Source of the DNA: Alistipes sp.
Lineage (GTDB): Bacteria > Bacteroidota > Bacteroidia > Bacteroidales > Rikenellaceae
Length of the DNA stretch: 64,000 bases
Assembly (NCBI GenBank): GCA_045125895.1
Contig: JBGVNT010000007.1
Span: 2,934 to 66,933, forward strand
Direction of reading: 5' to 3'
Of this stretch, positions 1 through 9,566 are shown piece by piece. Each line of letters opens with the position of its first letter. Position 1 is the first letter of the stretch. A program made the position numbers and the translations under genes. The notes under the pieces were generated by a model, which saw only the letters and a program-made list of their open reading frames with translations, ran no database searches and was not told the origin of the DNA.

Positions 1-116
1 TGGAGAATGTTATGGCGGGACTAAAGAAGTCGCTGCCCGAGCGCGCATGGAGTATGTTGCCACAAAACGAGGCGGCAATTTTGCGTGGCGGTGAGATTAT
101 CGAGAAGAGAGATTAG
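1..116 (+). CDS. 3' end of 2-oxoacid:acceptor oxidoreductase gamma subunit (partial)
   Basis: Frame starting at base 3 reads ENVMAGLKKSLPERAWSMLPQNEAAILRGGEIIEKRD*, resembling Bacteroidales oxidoreductase gamma-subunit C-termini; stop TAG 114-116. Confidence 0.55.
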   Translation, partial: ENVMAGLKKSLPERAWSMLPQNEAAILRGGEIIEKRD

Positions 117-137
117 GTCGCGATAATAATAAAACAA

Positions 138-167
138 GAGGGTGCCTGAGATTATTCGGACACCCTC
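138..167. terminator. Bidirectional intrinsic terminator between convergent genes
   Basis: GAGGGTG...CACCCTC hairpin with A-rich left and T-rich right flank. Confidence 0.6.
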
Positions 168-197
168 ACTTTGTGTTTGCGGCTGAATGGCTGCATG

Positions 198-1544
198 CTA
201 ACCTTTGTACCAAACGCCTCCTACATCGAATACTCCCGAAATCCAATCTTCGAGTTTCAGGGCGTAAAGACCTATGTCGAGCATGGTGAAGCGGTTGCGG
301 ATGTGGCGCACGATGGGAATGTCGGCGCGCATCTGCTCGAGCGAGATACCTACATCTTCGGGCGAGGTGGGAGCTCCAACCGTAGAGAGTAGTTTGTGCA
401 TTTGTTTATAGGTGTAGCATTGCTCTTGTAGCATCTGCTTAATGTCGAACCAGTTATCCTTCATGAGCTGAAGTTGTCGTCGAACCTCCTCCCTATCCTT
501 GTATCGCGATATGGATTCGGCGATGACATGCTCTCCATATGGTAAATCCTCGAACAAATCCTCGGCCTCATGGCGCATTTGACGGCGATTTTTCCATTGC
601 GAAACGCATGCTCGGACATCCAATTTCGAGAAGTCGGTCTTGCACATCTCGTCAAACAGAGAACACATCATAAGCGTGCCGACGCTAACCTGAAAACCGT
701 GTGACGGAGTGCGGCCATTGTGAGTGTGACCACGCATGTTCCATAGGTGACTAAAGAGGTGCTCTGTTCCCGATGCGGGAATACTCGAGCGGGCTGCCTG
801 CATGGCAAATCCACTTAACATTAGGCCCTCGACAAGGGTTGCAATAGCCTCGGGGCGTCGTGCGGCGACACCTTCGGGGTCTGCAAGCGACTCCTTGAGC
901 CCATCGTGTACGATGTGCCAAGCAACATTGTGTATAAGTTCCACGCCGAGGAAATCCGACAGCATCCACTCTGTGCCTGAAGGAATCTTGGCTGCCAAAT
1001 CGGCATATCCCGCAGCGGTCATGGCTGCCGGAGCTTGTGCCATAATCGCGGCATCGGCCAAAATAACACGAGGTGCCGGGCAGGTGAATGTCCGCTTCAT
1101 GTTCTTGTATATGACTGAAGCTCCAAATGATGAATAGCCATCGACCGATGCAACGGTGGCGACACACATGTATTGGCGATTCTGGCGATATGAGCAGAGC
1201 TTGCAGAGATCGTTTATCGTACCCGAGCCAACGGCTATGGCAATAGCGTCGGTAGCGGCCAAGCGAGCATCGAGCATCTCAACGAAGCTCCACTCTGCGT
1301 GGAAATTCGGGCTATCGAATATGTAGGGCTCTTCGCATGTTACGCCGGCGGCGATAAGATATGCGTTTACAGCCTTGCCGGCTGCTTCCCAGGTGAATTT
1401 ATCTGCTATGACGATGGCTTTTTTGTTGGGGAACTGCTCCTGAAACATGGTTGGTACTCGGTCAAGTATTTCAATGCCGATTTCCAACGCTACCGTATCG
1501 GTTGCAACTGCCAAGGCTCTGGCCACTCGTTGATTGTTATTCAT
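198..1544 (-). CDS. sn-glycerol-1-phosphate dehydrogenase (AraM/EgsA-like)
   Basis: GSGTINDLCK, ATVASVDGYSS, AGYADL, ASGTEHLFSH and HGFQV motifs; start could also be 1565. Confidence 0.8.
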   Translation of the reverse strand: MNNNQRVARALAVATDTVALEIGIEILDRVPTMFQEQFPNKKAIVIADKFTWEAAGKAVNAYLIAAGVTCEEPYIFDSPNFHAEWSFVEMLDARLAATDAIAIAVGSGTINDLCKLCSYRQNRQYMCVATVASVDGYSSFGASVIYKNMKRTFTCPAPRVILADAAIMAQAPAAMTAAGYADLAAKIPSGTEWMLSDFLGVELIHNVAWHIVHDGLKESLADPEGVAARRPEAIATLVEGLMLSGFAMQAARSSIPASGTEHLFSHLWNMRGHTHNGRTPSHGFQVSVGTLMMCSLFDEMCKTDFSKLDVRACVSQWKNRRQMRHEAEDLFEDLPYGEHVIAESISRYKDREEVRRQLQLMKDNWFDIKQMLQEQCYTYKQMHKLLSTVGAPTSPEDVGISLEQMRADIPIVRHIRNRFTMLDIGLYALKLEDWISGVFDVGGVWYKG

Positions 1545-1622
1545 AGTATAATCTTTTATAATCACATGTCTATCAGCTGGTTATGCGGCTAATAAGCGTG
1601 TGGTCGATAAAACTATCAATAA

Positions 1623-1630
1623 CAAAGATA
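1623..1630 (-). promoter_or_regulatory. Bacteroidetes -7 promoter element (TATCTTTG)
   Basis: CAAAGATA on + strand upstream of the G1PDH gene. Confidence 0.55.
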
Positions 1631-1673
1631 GTAAAAAAAGATGAAAGCGCAAATCTAAGAGGCAATAATTACC

Positions 1674-2639
1674 TTACACAAACTTATACTCCTCTATGTC
1701 GCGCCGGCCCAGCAGTAGCTCTCGGTTAGTCATGCGGCGCTTACCGGCCATCTGCATCGAGAGGATGTGAATGATGCCGTCACCGCATTTAACCTCGATT
1801 TTATCGCGGCCGTCCGAGGTGATGGTGCCGGGCTCTACATCAGATGTTTTAGGCTCGAAGCTTACTTCGAAAATCTTTGCCGAACCGGCATCTTCCTCGC
1901 CTTTGCTGAGTGCTCCCCATGCTGCGGGGTATGGCGAAAGGCCACGCACGAAATTTACGATACGCTCGCCCTCCCAAGACCAATTGATGTGGCAATCCTC
2001 CTTGAAGATTTTTGGAGCGGGCTTAAGCGTTGATTCGTCGTGGTGCATCTGCTCGATGGGTGTATAGTTGCCTGCGGCAATCTTTTCGACAGTATCAACA
2101 ACCAAATCGCAACCGGCAATCATGAGTTTGTCGTAGAGCGTGCCGACATTGTCCTCGGGTAATATGGGCATGCGTTGCTGCCCTATTATTGCGCCTTTGT
2201 CAATTTCATGATTCAAGAGGAAGGTTGTGATGCCGCTCTCCTGTTCGCCATTTATGATGGCCCAATTTATGGGCGCTGCACCTCGATATTCGGGTAGCAA
2301 CGACGCATGAAGATTGAATGTACCAAGTCGAGGCATTGCCCAAATAATCTCGGGCAACATGCGGAAAGCGATGACAATGCCCAAGTCGGGCTGGAGCGCA
2401 CGCATAGCCTCGACGAAAGCCTCGTCGCGGAGTTTCTCGGGTTGAAGAATCGGAAGTCCCAACTCTTCGGCAGCTACCTTAACATCGCTTTTGTGGAGTT
2501 TTTGGCCTCGGCCGGCAGGCTTGTCGGGTGTGGTTACCACAGCTACGATATTGTAACCCTCTGATACTAATCTTCTGAGTGACGCCGTGGCAAATTCGGG
2601 CGTACCCATAAATACTATGCGTAAATCTTTGCTATTCAT
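1674..2639 (-). CDS. fmt: Methionyl-tRNA formyltransferase
   Basis: IVFMGTPEFA, PDKPAGRG, NLHASLLPEYRGAAPINWA. Confidence 0.97.
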   Translation of the reverse strand: MNSKDLRIVFMGTPEFATASLRRLVSEGYNIVAVVTTPDKPAGRGQKLHKSDVKVAAEELGLPILQPEKLRDEAFVEAMRALQPDLGIVIAFRMLPEIIWAMPRLGTFNLHASLLPEYRGAAPINWAIINGEQESGITTFLLNHEIDKGAIIGQQRMPILPEDNVGTLYDKLMIAGCDLVVDTVEKIAAGNYTPIEQMHHDESTLKPAPKIFKEDCHINWSWEGERIVNFVRGLSPYPAAWGALSKGEEDAGSAKIFEVSFEPKTSDVEPGTITSDGRDKIEVKCGDGIIHILSMQMAGKRRMTNRELLLGRRDIEEYKFV

Positions 2640-4179
2640 GCTTCTTGTGTTTTGCTTTGCGGAGCTTGATGCTTGGCATCTTTTGCCATATCGTCCACGA
2701 CGAGATTTTGCCCTTTACGGGGTCCCAGATGGCATGAAAACGCTCCTTGATGGCAATATATTTATTGTAATACCAATCGGTGTCGAGTAGCGAGGCGTCG
2801 TTTGTAGCCTTAATCATCAGATATACGGCGATGGGTGTGAGGACAAAAGTCGATATCCACATGCCGGTCAAAGAGTCCCAAACGCCCTCTTTTGCGGCTT
2901 TTTCGCCGTTAAGGCTGATGATATAGTAGAATACGAAGAATGCTACCGAGATGACAATCGGCGTACCCAATCCACCCTTGCGGATAATGGCGCCCAGAGG
3001 AGCTCCAATCAGGAAAAAGATAAATACCGACACAGGTACTGCCAACTTTCTATGCCAATCGTTCTTGCTGCGATAGAGCTGCGATAAGGCAACCTTGGCC
3101 GTAGACTCGTCGAATGTGAGTGAGTTGCGCGAATTGAGGGCCGAGGAACGCGCCGATGACCATATGCGGTTTAGAGTTCGTGTATCCAGATCCTTCAATG
3201 AGTCCAAAAGGTAGGCATTGCCAAATTCGCTCTTGTCGATGCGAAGCGAGTCGGGCAATTGCAGAACCTGAATATCCTTGACGAAGATATTATCCTTCAG
3301 TAGAGGTTCATACGACTTTGAAGAGGCTTCGTTTACTCTCAGGTCCAACGAGTCGATGTCGTGCTGCAACTCGACGATATTCTTGGTTTGAGAGCCGTTG
3401 AACATGTCGCTGTTGTCCTTACGCTCGAAGTTGAAGCCCTCCATAGCGATTTTACCCTCCTGAATCTTGAACTTGTCGTGGCGCATGGAGCTCTTGGTAT
3501 ACCAGCCTGAGTTGCGCGTATGCTGGTAGTTTTCGCCGTTGTAGAGCGTAATGAGCAGGAATTTCTTGTCGTCGCTCAGGCGGATATATCCCGATTCGGC
3601 AATTGTGGTGGTCATGTTTCCACCCTCCGACGAATTGTCGTAAATCAATACATTGTGCAGCATACCCGTTACAGGGTCCTGATACTCGGGGCGAATGCTT
3701 ATATTCTCGTCTATGCCATTGAAGAACAGTCCGTCGTGGAACTCCAACACCTGCTTTTGCTGGCGGATGTCGTAGAATATACTGTTCATCTTTTTGTTGG
3801 CATAGGGTACTAAGTTGTTGACTACAAAGAAACTGCCTATTGATAGGAAAAATACCAAAATCAGCAGCGGTTGCAGGATTTTGATTAGGGGCATGCCTGC
3901 CGACTTCATGGCGAGCAGCTCGTAGTTCTCGCCCAAGTTACCCATGGTCATGATTGCTGCAAACAGCATCACCAAAGGCAATCCCATGGGGATAAGGTTG
4001 GTGGTGGCGTAAAATAGCAACTCGACGATGACATCGGCACCAAGGCCCTTGCCGGTAAGTTCATCAATATAACGCCACAAAATATTCATCATCAACACGA
4101 ATGTGACGATGAAGAATGTGAGTACCAACGGACCGAGGTACGATTTTAAGACTAATTTATGTATGGTTTTTAGTCGCAT
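2632..4179 (-). CDS. LptF/LptG (YjgP/YjgQ) family permease
   Basis: GNLGENYELLAMKSAG and IGAPLGAIIRKGG motifs, multi-TM architecture. Confidence 0.9.
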   Translation of the reverse strand: MRLKTIHKLVLKSYLGPLVLTFFIVTFVLMMNILWRYIDELTGKGLGADVIVELLFYATTNLIPMGLPLVMLFAAIMTMGNLGENYELLAMKSAGMPLIKILQPLLILVFFLSIGSFFVVNNLVPYANKKMNSIFYDIRQQKQVLEFHDGLFFNGIDENISIRPEYQDPVTGMLHNVLIYDNSSEGGNMTTTIAESGYIRLSDDKKFLLITLYNGENYQHTRNSGWYTKSSMRHDKFKIQEGKIAMEGFNFERKDNSDMFNGSQTKNIVELQHDIDSLDLRVNEASSKSYEPLLKDNIFVKDIQVLQLPDSLRIDKSEFGNAYLLDSLKDLDTRTLNRIWSSARSSALNSRNSLTFDESTAKVALSQLYRSKNDWHRKLAVPVSVFIFFLIGAPLGAIIRKGGLGTPIVISVAFFVFYYIISLNGEKAAKEGVWDSLTGMWISTFVLTPIAVYLMIKATNDASLLDTDWYYNKYIAIKERFHAIWDPVKGKISSWTIWQKMPSIKLRKAKHKKHE

Positions 4180-4183
4180 GCTC

Positions 4184-5002
4184 TTATTTTTTGCTTCGCA
4201 AAGATAATACTTTTACCGTAATAAGCGCTAAAGTAAGTATAAATATTATACTTGCGCCCGACGGAATCTCTAAATAATAGCTTACGAAGAGTCCCATTAC
4301 GGCTCCCGTCGTAGCGATAATTGCTGCCCAAATAGTTATTTTTGAGTACGATTTGGTGAGTGCATTGGCTGTGACTGCCGGGATGGTAAAGAGCGACAAA
4401 AGCAATACTATGCCCATGATTCTGATGGCCATGACGATTGTTACGGCTACGATTATCGACATCATATACGATATGACATTTGTGTTAACGCCTTGGCTTG
4501 CAGCAAATTGCCTGTCGAAAGCCAAATACATTATTCCGCGCCACCACATGCTGTAACATACGACGCATAGCAGCGTGAGAATGCTCAAAAGATAAACATC
4601 CGTAGTGGTTACTGTAATGATGCTGCCGAACATGTAGCTTGCCAAGTCGCCCGAAGTATAGCCTGGTGTGAGGCTCATGAACAGCGCTCCGAGGGCCATG
4701 CCGATAGACCAGGTGATACCGATGGCTGAATCTTCGCGAATCTTGCCTCGGTTGGATGCCCATTCTATGCCGAGCGACGAGAGTATAGCGAAAATCAATG
4801 CGCCTCCTATTGGGTTGATACCCAGATATAAAGCCATGCCCAAGCCGCCGAATGAGGCGTGTGTGATACCTCCGCATAGGAATACCATGCGTCGCGATAC
4901 GATGTAGGTGCCTACGATGCCGCACAAAATACCGCACAAAATAGCGGCTATGAGGGCATTTGAGAGATATGAATATTGAAATATGTCGGCAATAAATTCC
5001 AT
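4184..5002 (-). CDS. Metal (Zn/Mn) ABC transporter permease
   Basis: GITHASFGG, REDSAIG, YMFGSI motifs of the ABC-3 family. Confidence 0.9.
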   Translation of the reverse strand: MEFIADIFQYSYLSNALIAAILCGILCGIVGTYIVSRRMVFLCGGITHASFGGLGMALYLGINPIGGALIFAILSSLGIEWASNRGKIREDSAIGITWSIGMALGALFMSLTPGYTSGDLASYMFGSIITVTTTDVYLLSILTLLCVVCYSMWWRGIMYLAFDRQFAASQGVNTNVISYMMSIIVAVTIVMAIRIMGIVLLLSLFTIPAVTANALTKSYSKITIWAAIIATTGAVMGLFVSYYLEIPSGASIIFILTLALITVKVLSLRSKK

Positions 5003-5122
5003 TGCAATGTTAAGTCTTCGCCAAAAACATGCAAAAATACCGATTTTCGCGGATTATATCAAAATTTTTTCCTTGTTGTTGGAAGATTTTGTATTTTCGC
5101 AGTGGAAAAAGATGCTTTTGAC

Positions 5123-6418
5123 ATGAAACAAAGAGTAAGTTTTCATACGCTCGGCTGCAAGCTGAATTTTTCGGAGAGTTCCACCATTGCCCGCCAATTC
5201 GAGGAGGGCGGATTTAGGCGTGTGGGCGTGAATGAGGAGAGTGATATTTGCGTGATAAATAGTTGTTCGGTGACGGAGCATGCCGATAAAAAATGCCGTA
5301 ATCTGATACGAAAACTCAATCGTCGTAACCCGAATGCCATTATTGCCGTTACGGGGTGCTATGCACAGCTTAAGCCGCACGAGGTCGCAGCTATTGACGG
5401 TGTGGATATTGTTTTGAGTAACAACGATAAGGGTGATTTATATCAAGCTGTTGTTGATGTTGCGTCGAAGGGCGGAAAATACCTTACATCGTGTGATTGT
5501 GACGACATAACCCGCTTCTTTGCGGCCTTCTCGTCGGGTGACAGGTCGCGTTCGTTTCTGAAGGTGCAGGATGGGTGCGATTACAAGTGTGCTTATTGCA
5601 CCATCCATTATGCTCGCGGCTCGAGTCGCAATATGCCAATTGCGGAAATTGTGAAAGAGGCTGAAGAGGTGGCTGCGCTGGGCCTGAAGGAGATTGTGAT
5701 AACGGGTATAAATACCGGGGATTTCGGGCGTTCGACGGGTGAGAAATTTATAGATTTGTTGCGTGCTTTGAACGAGGTTGAAGGCATCGAGCGCTATCGT
5801 ATTTCGTCGATTGAACCCAATTTGCTAACTGACGAGATAATAGAGTTTTGTGCCTCGTCACCTAAATTTCAACATCACTTCCATATTCCCCTGCAAAGCG
5901 GGTCGGATAAGATACTCGGACTCATGCGTCGCCGCTATACTGCGGAGCGTTTTGCGGACCGTATTTTCAAGGTGCGCGAACTTATGCCCGATGCCTTTAT
6001 CGGCATAGATGTTATTACGGGCTTTCCGGGTGAAACGGAGGAGGATTTTTGTCAGACATACAATGTTTTGGAACGCGTGAATGCTTCGTTCCTTCATATA
6101 TTCCCATTCTCGGAACGCCCGGGTACTCCGGCTGTAGATATGCCCGACAAGGTGCCTGCGCGTATCTCTACCGAGCGAGTCGAACGCTTGGAGGCGCTGA
6201 GTGCAAGGTTGCACTATGATTTCTGTGCGGCGATGGTCGGACAGGAGGCTGATGTGCTGTTTGAAAGCACCATAAAGGGTGGTATGATGTTCGGTTATAC
6301 GGGCAATTATGTCCGCGTAAAGATGCCTTACAGTCGAGACCGTATAAATAAGGTTTGTCGCGTACGCCTGCTCTCTATCGAGCCAAATTGCGATGTTATG
6401 GCCGAGATTGTGGAATAA
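5123..6418 (+). CDS. mtaB: tRNA t6A37 methylthiotransferase
   Basis: FHTLGCKLNFSES, radical SAM CDYKCAYC, FLKVQDG; ATG at 5123. Confidence 0.92.
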   Translation: MKQRVSFHTLGCKLNFSESSTIARQFEEGGFRRVGVNEESDICVINSCSVTEHADKKCRNLIRKLNRRNPNAIIAVTGCYAQLKPHEVAAIDGVDIVLSNNDKGDLYQAVVDVASKGGKYLTSCDCDDITRFFAAFSSGDRSRSFLKVQDGCDYKCAYCTIHYARGSSRNMPIAEIVKEAEEVAALGLKEIVITGINTGDFGRSTGEKFIDLLRALNEVEGIERYRISSIEPNLLTDEIIEFCASSPKFQHHFHIPLQSGSDKILGLMRRRYTAERFADRIFKVRELMPDAFIGIDVITGFPGETEEDFCQTYNVLERVNASFLHIFPFSERPGTPAVDMPDKVPARISTERVERLEALSARLHYDFCAAMVGQEADVLFESTIKGGMMFGYTGNYVRVKMPYSRDRINKVCRVRLLSIEPNCDVMAEIVE

Positions 6419-6465
6419 TCTGCACTTTCAGGTGGAAAAAATCGCTTACATTACGATTATTTTAG

Positions 6466-6473
6466 TATATTTG
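6466..6473 (+). promoter_or_regulatory. Bacteroidetes -7 promoter element (TATATTTG)
   Basis: Consensus match about 25 nt upstream of ORF 6499. Confidence 0.5.
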
Positions 6474-6498
6474 CATAATTGGTAAATGATTTCTAATT

Positions 6499-7293
6499 AT
6501 GACAGGTATTCGTAAACGAATAACAACCGGTTTTTTGAGCATTGTTGTACTGCTCTTTTTCTCGGGATTGGTGTCGCTCTATGAGCTTAATCATATGAGT
6601 GTCGATATAGAGTCTATTTTGGCAAGTAATCGTCGTAGTATAGAGCTTTCGGAGACGATGCTCGATGCTATTCGTGCCAACGACCGCGCTGTGGTGAACT
6701 ATGCGGTGTTGTGTGATACGGTGTATGCCGATAGCTGTCGTCATTCGTTTGAGGCTTTCCGTGCCAAAATTGCACAGGCGCGTAGCGAATCCAATGCCTC
6801 GGCTGCCCCACTCTTCGACTCCTTGGAGGGGCATGCTCTGAATATGAATCGTGCTGTGGTGCAACTGCTCGGTAGTCGGGCTATTGAGTATAAACTCTCG
6901 TTGCCGGACTCTCTTGCCGGGTTTGACTCTTTCGATGGTCGTCGATGGTATGATAAGGAGTATCTGCCTGCCTACAATATCACCAGCGGTGCTATTATGA
7001 GGGTTATGTCGGATTCGCAGACCTCCCTAACACCGCGCGCCGAGCGTTTGAGTCGCAATGCCTATCGCGCTGTTACTCCGGTGTTTATCTCGCTTGTTGT
7101 GATGATTGTAATCCTGCTTTTGTTCTATTACTTTGTGATGATTTACATCGCGAAGCCCATCGTCGAAATGGATAAGAGCCTGGGCGAAACGCTGCGCTAC
7201 AAAATCCCGTTTGTGGTAAAAAGCGAGTGTCGTGACGAGATGCTGGATTTGAAGGAGAAGATTTCGAGTGTGACTAATACGCCCAAAAAGTGA
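6499..7293 (+). CDS. Membrane protein with four-helix-bundle (MCP-like) sensor domain
   Basis: Two TM helices flanking a helical periplasmic region, short HAMP-like tail (KPI...RDEM), no kinase domain. Confidence 0.6.
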   Translation: MTGIRKRITTGFLSIVVLLFFSGLVSLYELNHMSVDIESILASNRRSIELSETMLDAIRANDRAVVNYAVLCDTVYADSCRHSFEAFRAKIAQARSESNASAAPLFDSLEGHALNMNRAVVQLLGSRAIEYKLSLPDSLAGFDSFDGRRWYDKEYLPAYNITSGAIMRVMSDSQTSLTPRAERLSRNAYRAVTPVFISLVVMIVILLLFYYFVMIYIAKPIVEMDKSLGETLRYKIPFVVKSECRDEMLDLKEKISSVTNTPKK

Positions 7294-7312
7294 TTTGTTA
7301 ATATCCCTGGTT

Positions 7313-8092
7313 ATGAAGAAATTATTGTTGGTAACACTGTTTGTCTTGATGATGTGTTGTTGTGTGTCGGCTCAGCAATGCCCATTGTTTGGAGAGCCAT
7401 TGGTGCTGAGCAGCCCTGCAATTGTGGATGTACCTGCAGGAATGGATGAATTTATACTCTCTTTGCAGGAGTTTTCAACCACCTCGGTTGGCCGTGTTAT
7501 TTGCATTTTGCTTTTACTCGTGCTTTTACCGCTTGTTTTGGGCCTGTATCTGTTGGTGCCGGCATTTGTGGTGTTTTTGGTGATGTTTGTGTTTAATTTC
7601 GACGCACTAAGAAAGTGGTTTAACAAAAAGGCCGGGGCTAATGTAGTCTTTTACGATAGACTCGACAAACGCCTTTGGCGTGTACCTGTGTTGATAGGTT
7701 TGTTGGCTGTTGCTGTCTTGATTGTTCGTGAGTGGCCGAGTGCTGCCATACCTGTGGTGTTGGTCATGTTGATATACTGCATCGTACGCGTAAGAATGCG
7801 GGTGGCTGAGTATGGAAGTCGCAAAGCTGCGTGGCTCGAGATTATATATGTGCTCTTTGCGGGTTATGCGGTGTTTATGTTGTGTATTCTCTTCTTCTGG
7901 GCAATAATAATATACTTTGGTGTGAAACTGATAACCGAGCCGAGTGCGTCATCCGGCTCTTCGGGTAAGGGCGGCGGCTATACTTGCTATCATTGTGTCT
8001 ACCACGATAGTTCGGAGGATTGGTGTCATGCTCGTAAGATGAGAGCTTATAGTGGCGACAGTGCGTGTGGTTCACTTCGCTTAACAAAGTAA
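7313..8092 (+). CDS. Hypothetical membrane protein with C-terminal Cys/His motif
   Basis: Signal peptide-like MKKLLL start, several TM segments, ends TCYHCVYH..WCH..AC. Confidence 0.65.
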   Translation: MKKLLLVTLFVLMMCCCVSAQQCPLFGEPLVLSSPAIVDVPAGMDEFILSLQEFSTTSVGRVICILLLLVLLPLVLGLYLLVPAFVVFLVMFVFNFDALRKWFNKKAGANVVFYDRLDKRLWRVPVLIGLLAVAVLIVREWPSAAIPVVLVMLIYCIVRVRMRVAEYGSRKAAWLEIIYVLFAGYAVFMLCILFFWAIIIYFGVKLITEPSASSGSSGKGGGYTCYHCVYHDSSEDWCHARKMRAYSGDSACGSLRLTK

Positions 8093-8120
8093 ACAAAGTA
8101 AGAATTTTATCGTAATCATT

Positions 8121-9566
8121 ATGCGATTAAGCGTAGTTCTCAGGTATATAGGCATCGTGCAATTGGTGTTGGCGGTGTTCATGTTGCTCTCGGCCGGCAT
8201 TGCCTATGTGAGCGACATGGATACTTCGTACTCGCCACTTGTGATGTCGTCGTTGCTTACGCTGCTGTTGGGGTGCTTTCCGTTGATTTTTGTACCTCCG
8301 ACCAACTATATATCGCAAAAAGAGGGCTATTGCATTGTCGTAGGTGCCTGGGTGGTGTCGTCAATCGTGGGTATGTTCCCCTATCTGATGTGGGGAGGTG
8401 AGTTTACGGTTATAAATGCCTGGTTTGAGAGTGTGTCGGGATTTACAACCACGGGAGCCTCGATTTTGAATAATATCGAAGCACTGCCGCGAGGATTGCA
8501 GTTTTGGCGCATGGCGACCTGCTGGATTGGCGGTGTGGGTGTCATTATGTTTGCATTGGTGATTCTGCCCTCGATAGGCAAGAGTAAGATGATGCTCTCG
8601 AATATGGAGATTTCTTCACTGGCGAGGGATAACTTCAATTATCGCACGCAAACCATTGTGCGCATTATACTTACGATATTTGTGAGCCTTACGGTTATTA
8701 CCTCGGTGGCGCTTAAGATGAGTGGAATGTGCTGGTTTGATGCCGTGTGTCATGCCATGTCGGCTACGGCAACCTGTGGATTCGGAACCAAAAACAGCAG
8801 CATAGCATTCTTTAACTCACCGCTTATCGAGGTGGTGTTGATGCTGACCATGACCATTTCGGGTATCCATTATGGCTTGATTTATGCCACTTTTGCGGGT
8901 AAGCCCAATAATATCTTCCGCTCGGAGGTGACGCGATTCTACTTCTCGATAATCGGCCTTGCGGCGTTGTTTGTGGGTTTGAATCTGTGGTTTGCGGATG
9001 TCTACCCCAACCTGTTTGAGTCGTTGCGTTATGCGCTCTTCCATGTGGTGTCACTAATCACCACTACGGGCTTTGCTACGGCCGATTGCAATACTTGGAC
9101 CTCGTTTGCTATACTTGTGCTCATCTTTCTTTCGTTGGTGTGTGCTTGCGCAGGCTCAACTTCGGGAGGTTTGAAGATTGACAGGTTGTTGTTGGCCATA
9201 AAGATGATGCGCAACCGCTTGCGCCGTCAGCAGCACCCTGCGGCTATATTCCGTACCAAGATTGACGGTATTCCGCAGGATAAGGATATGTTAAATACGG
9301 TGATGGTCTACATCGTAGCCTTTATGATGATGATTCTCATCTGCACATTCTTCAACACTTTGTTGGGTGTGGATATGATGACCGGATTTTCGTCGGCTGT
9401 GGCTTGTGCAAGCAATGTGGGACCCGGATTTGGCGGTGTGGGCATGATGGACAACTATTCGGCCATGCCTATGGTGATAAAGATGAACTTGACCTTCCTG
9501 ATGTTGTTAGGTCGTTTAGAGATATTTGGATTGATTCAACTCTTTTTTATAAGATGGTGGAGATGA
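8121..9566 (+). CDS. trkH: Trk potassium uptake membrane protein
   Basis: FESVSGFTTTGAS, ITTTGF, GSTSGGLK, NVGPG, GRLEI motifs. Confidence 0.93.
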   Translation: MRLSVVLRYIGIVQLVLAVFMLLSAGIAYVSDMDTSYSPLVMSSLLTLLLGCFPLIFVPPTNYISQKEGYCIVVGAWVVSSIVGMFPYLMWGGEFTVINAWFESVSGFTTTGASILNNIEALPRGLQFWRMATCWIGGVGVIMFALVILPSIGKSKMMLSNMEISSLARDNFNYRTQTIVRIILTIFVSLTVITSVALKMSGMCWFDAVCHAMSATATCGFGTKNSSIAFFNSPLIEVVLMLTMTISGIHYGLIYATFAGKPNNIFRSEVTRFYFSIIGLAALFVGLNLWFADVYPNLFESLRYALFHVVSLITTTGFATADCNTWTSFAILVLIFLSLVCACAGSTSGGLKIDRLLLAIKMMRNRLRRQQHPAAIFRTKIDGIPQDKDMLNTVMVYIVAFMMMILICTFFNTLLGVDMMTGFSSAVACASNVGPGFGGVGMMDNYSAMPMVIKMNLTFLMLLGRLEIFGLIQLFFIRWWR

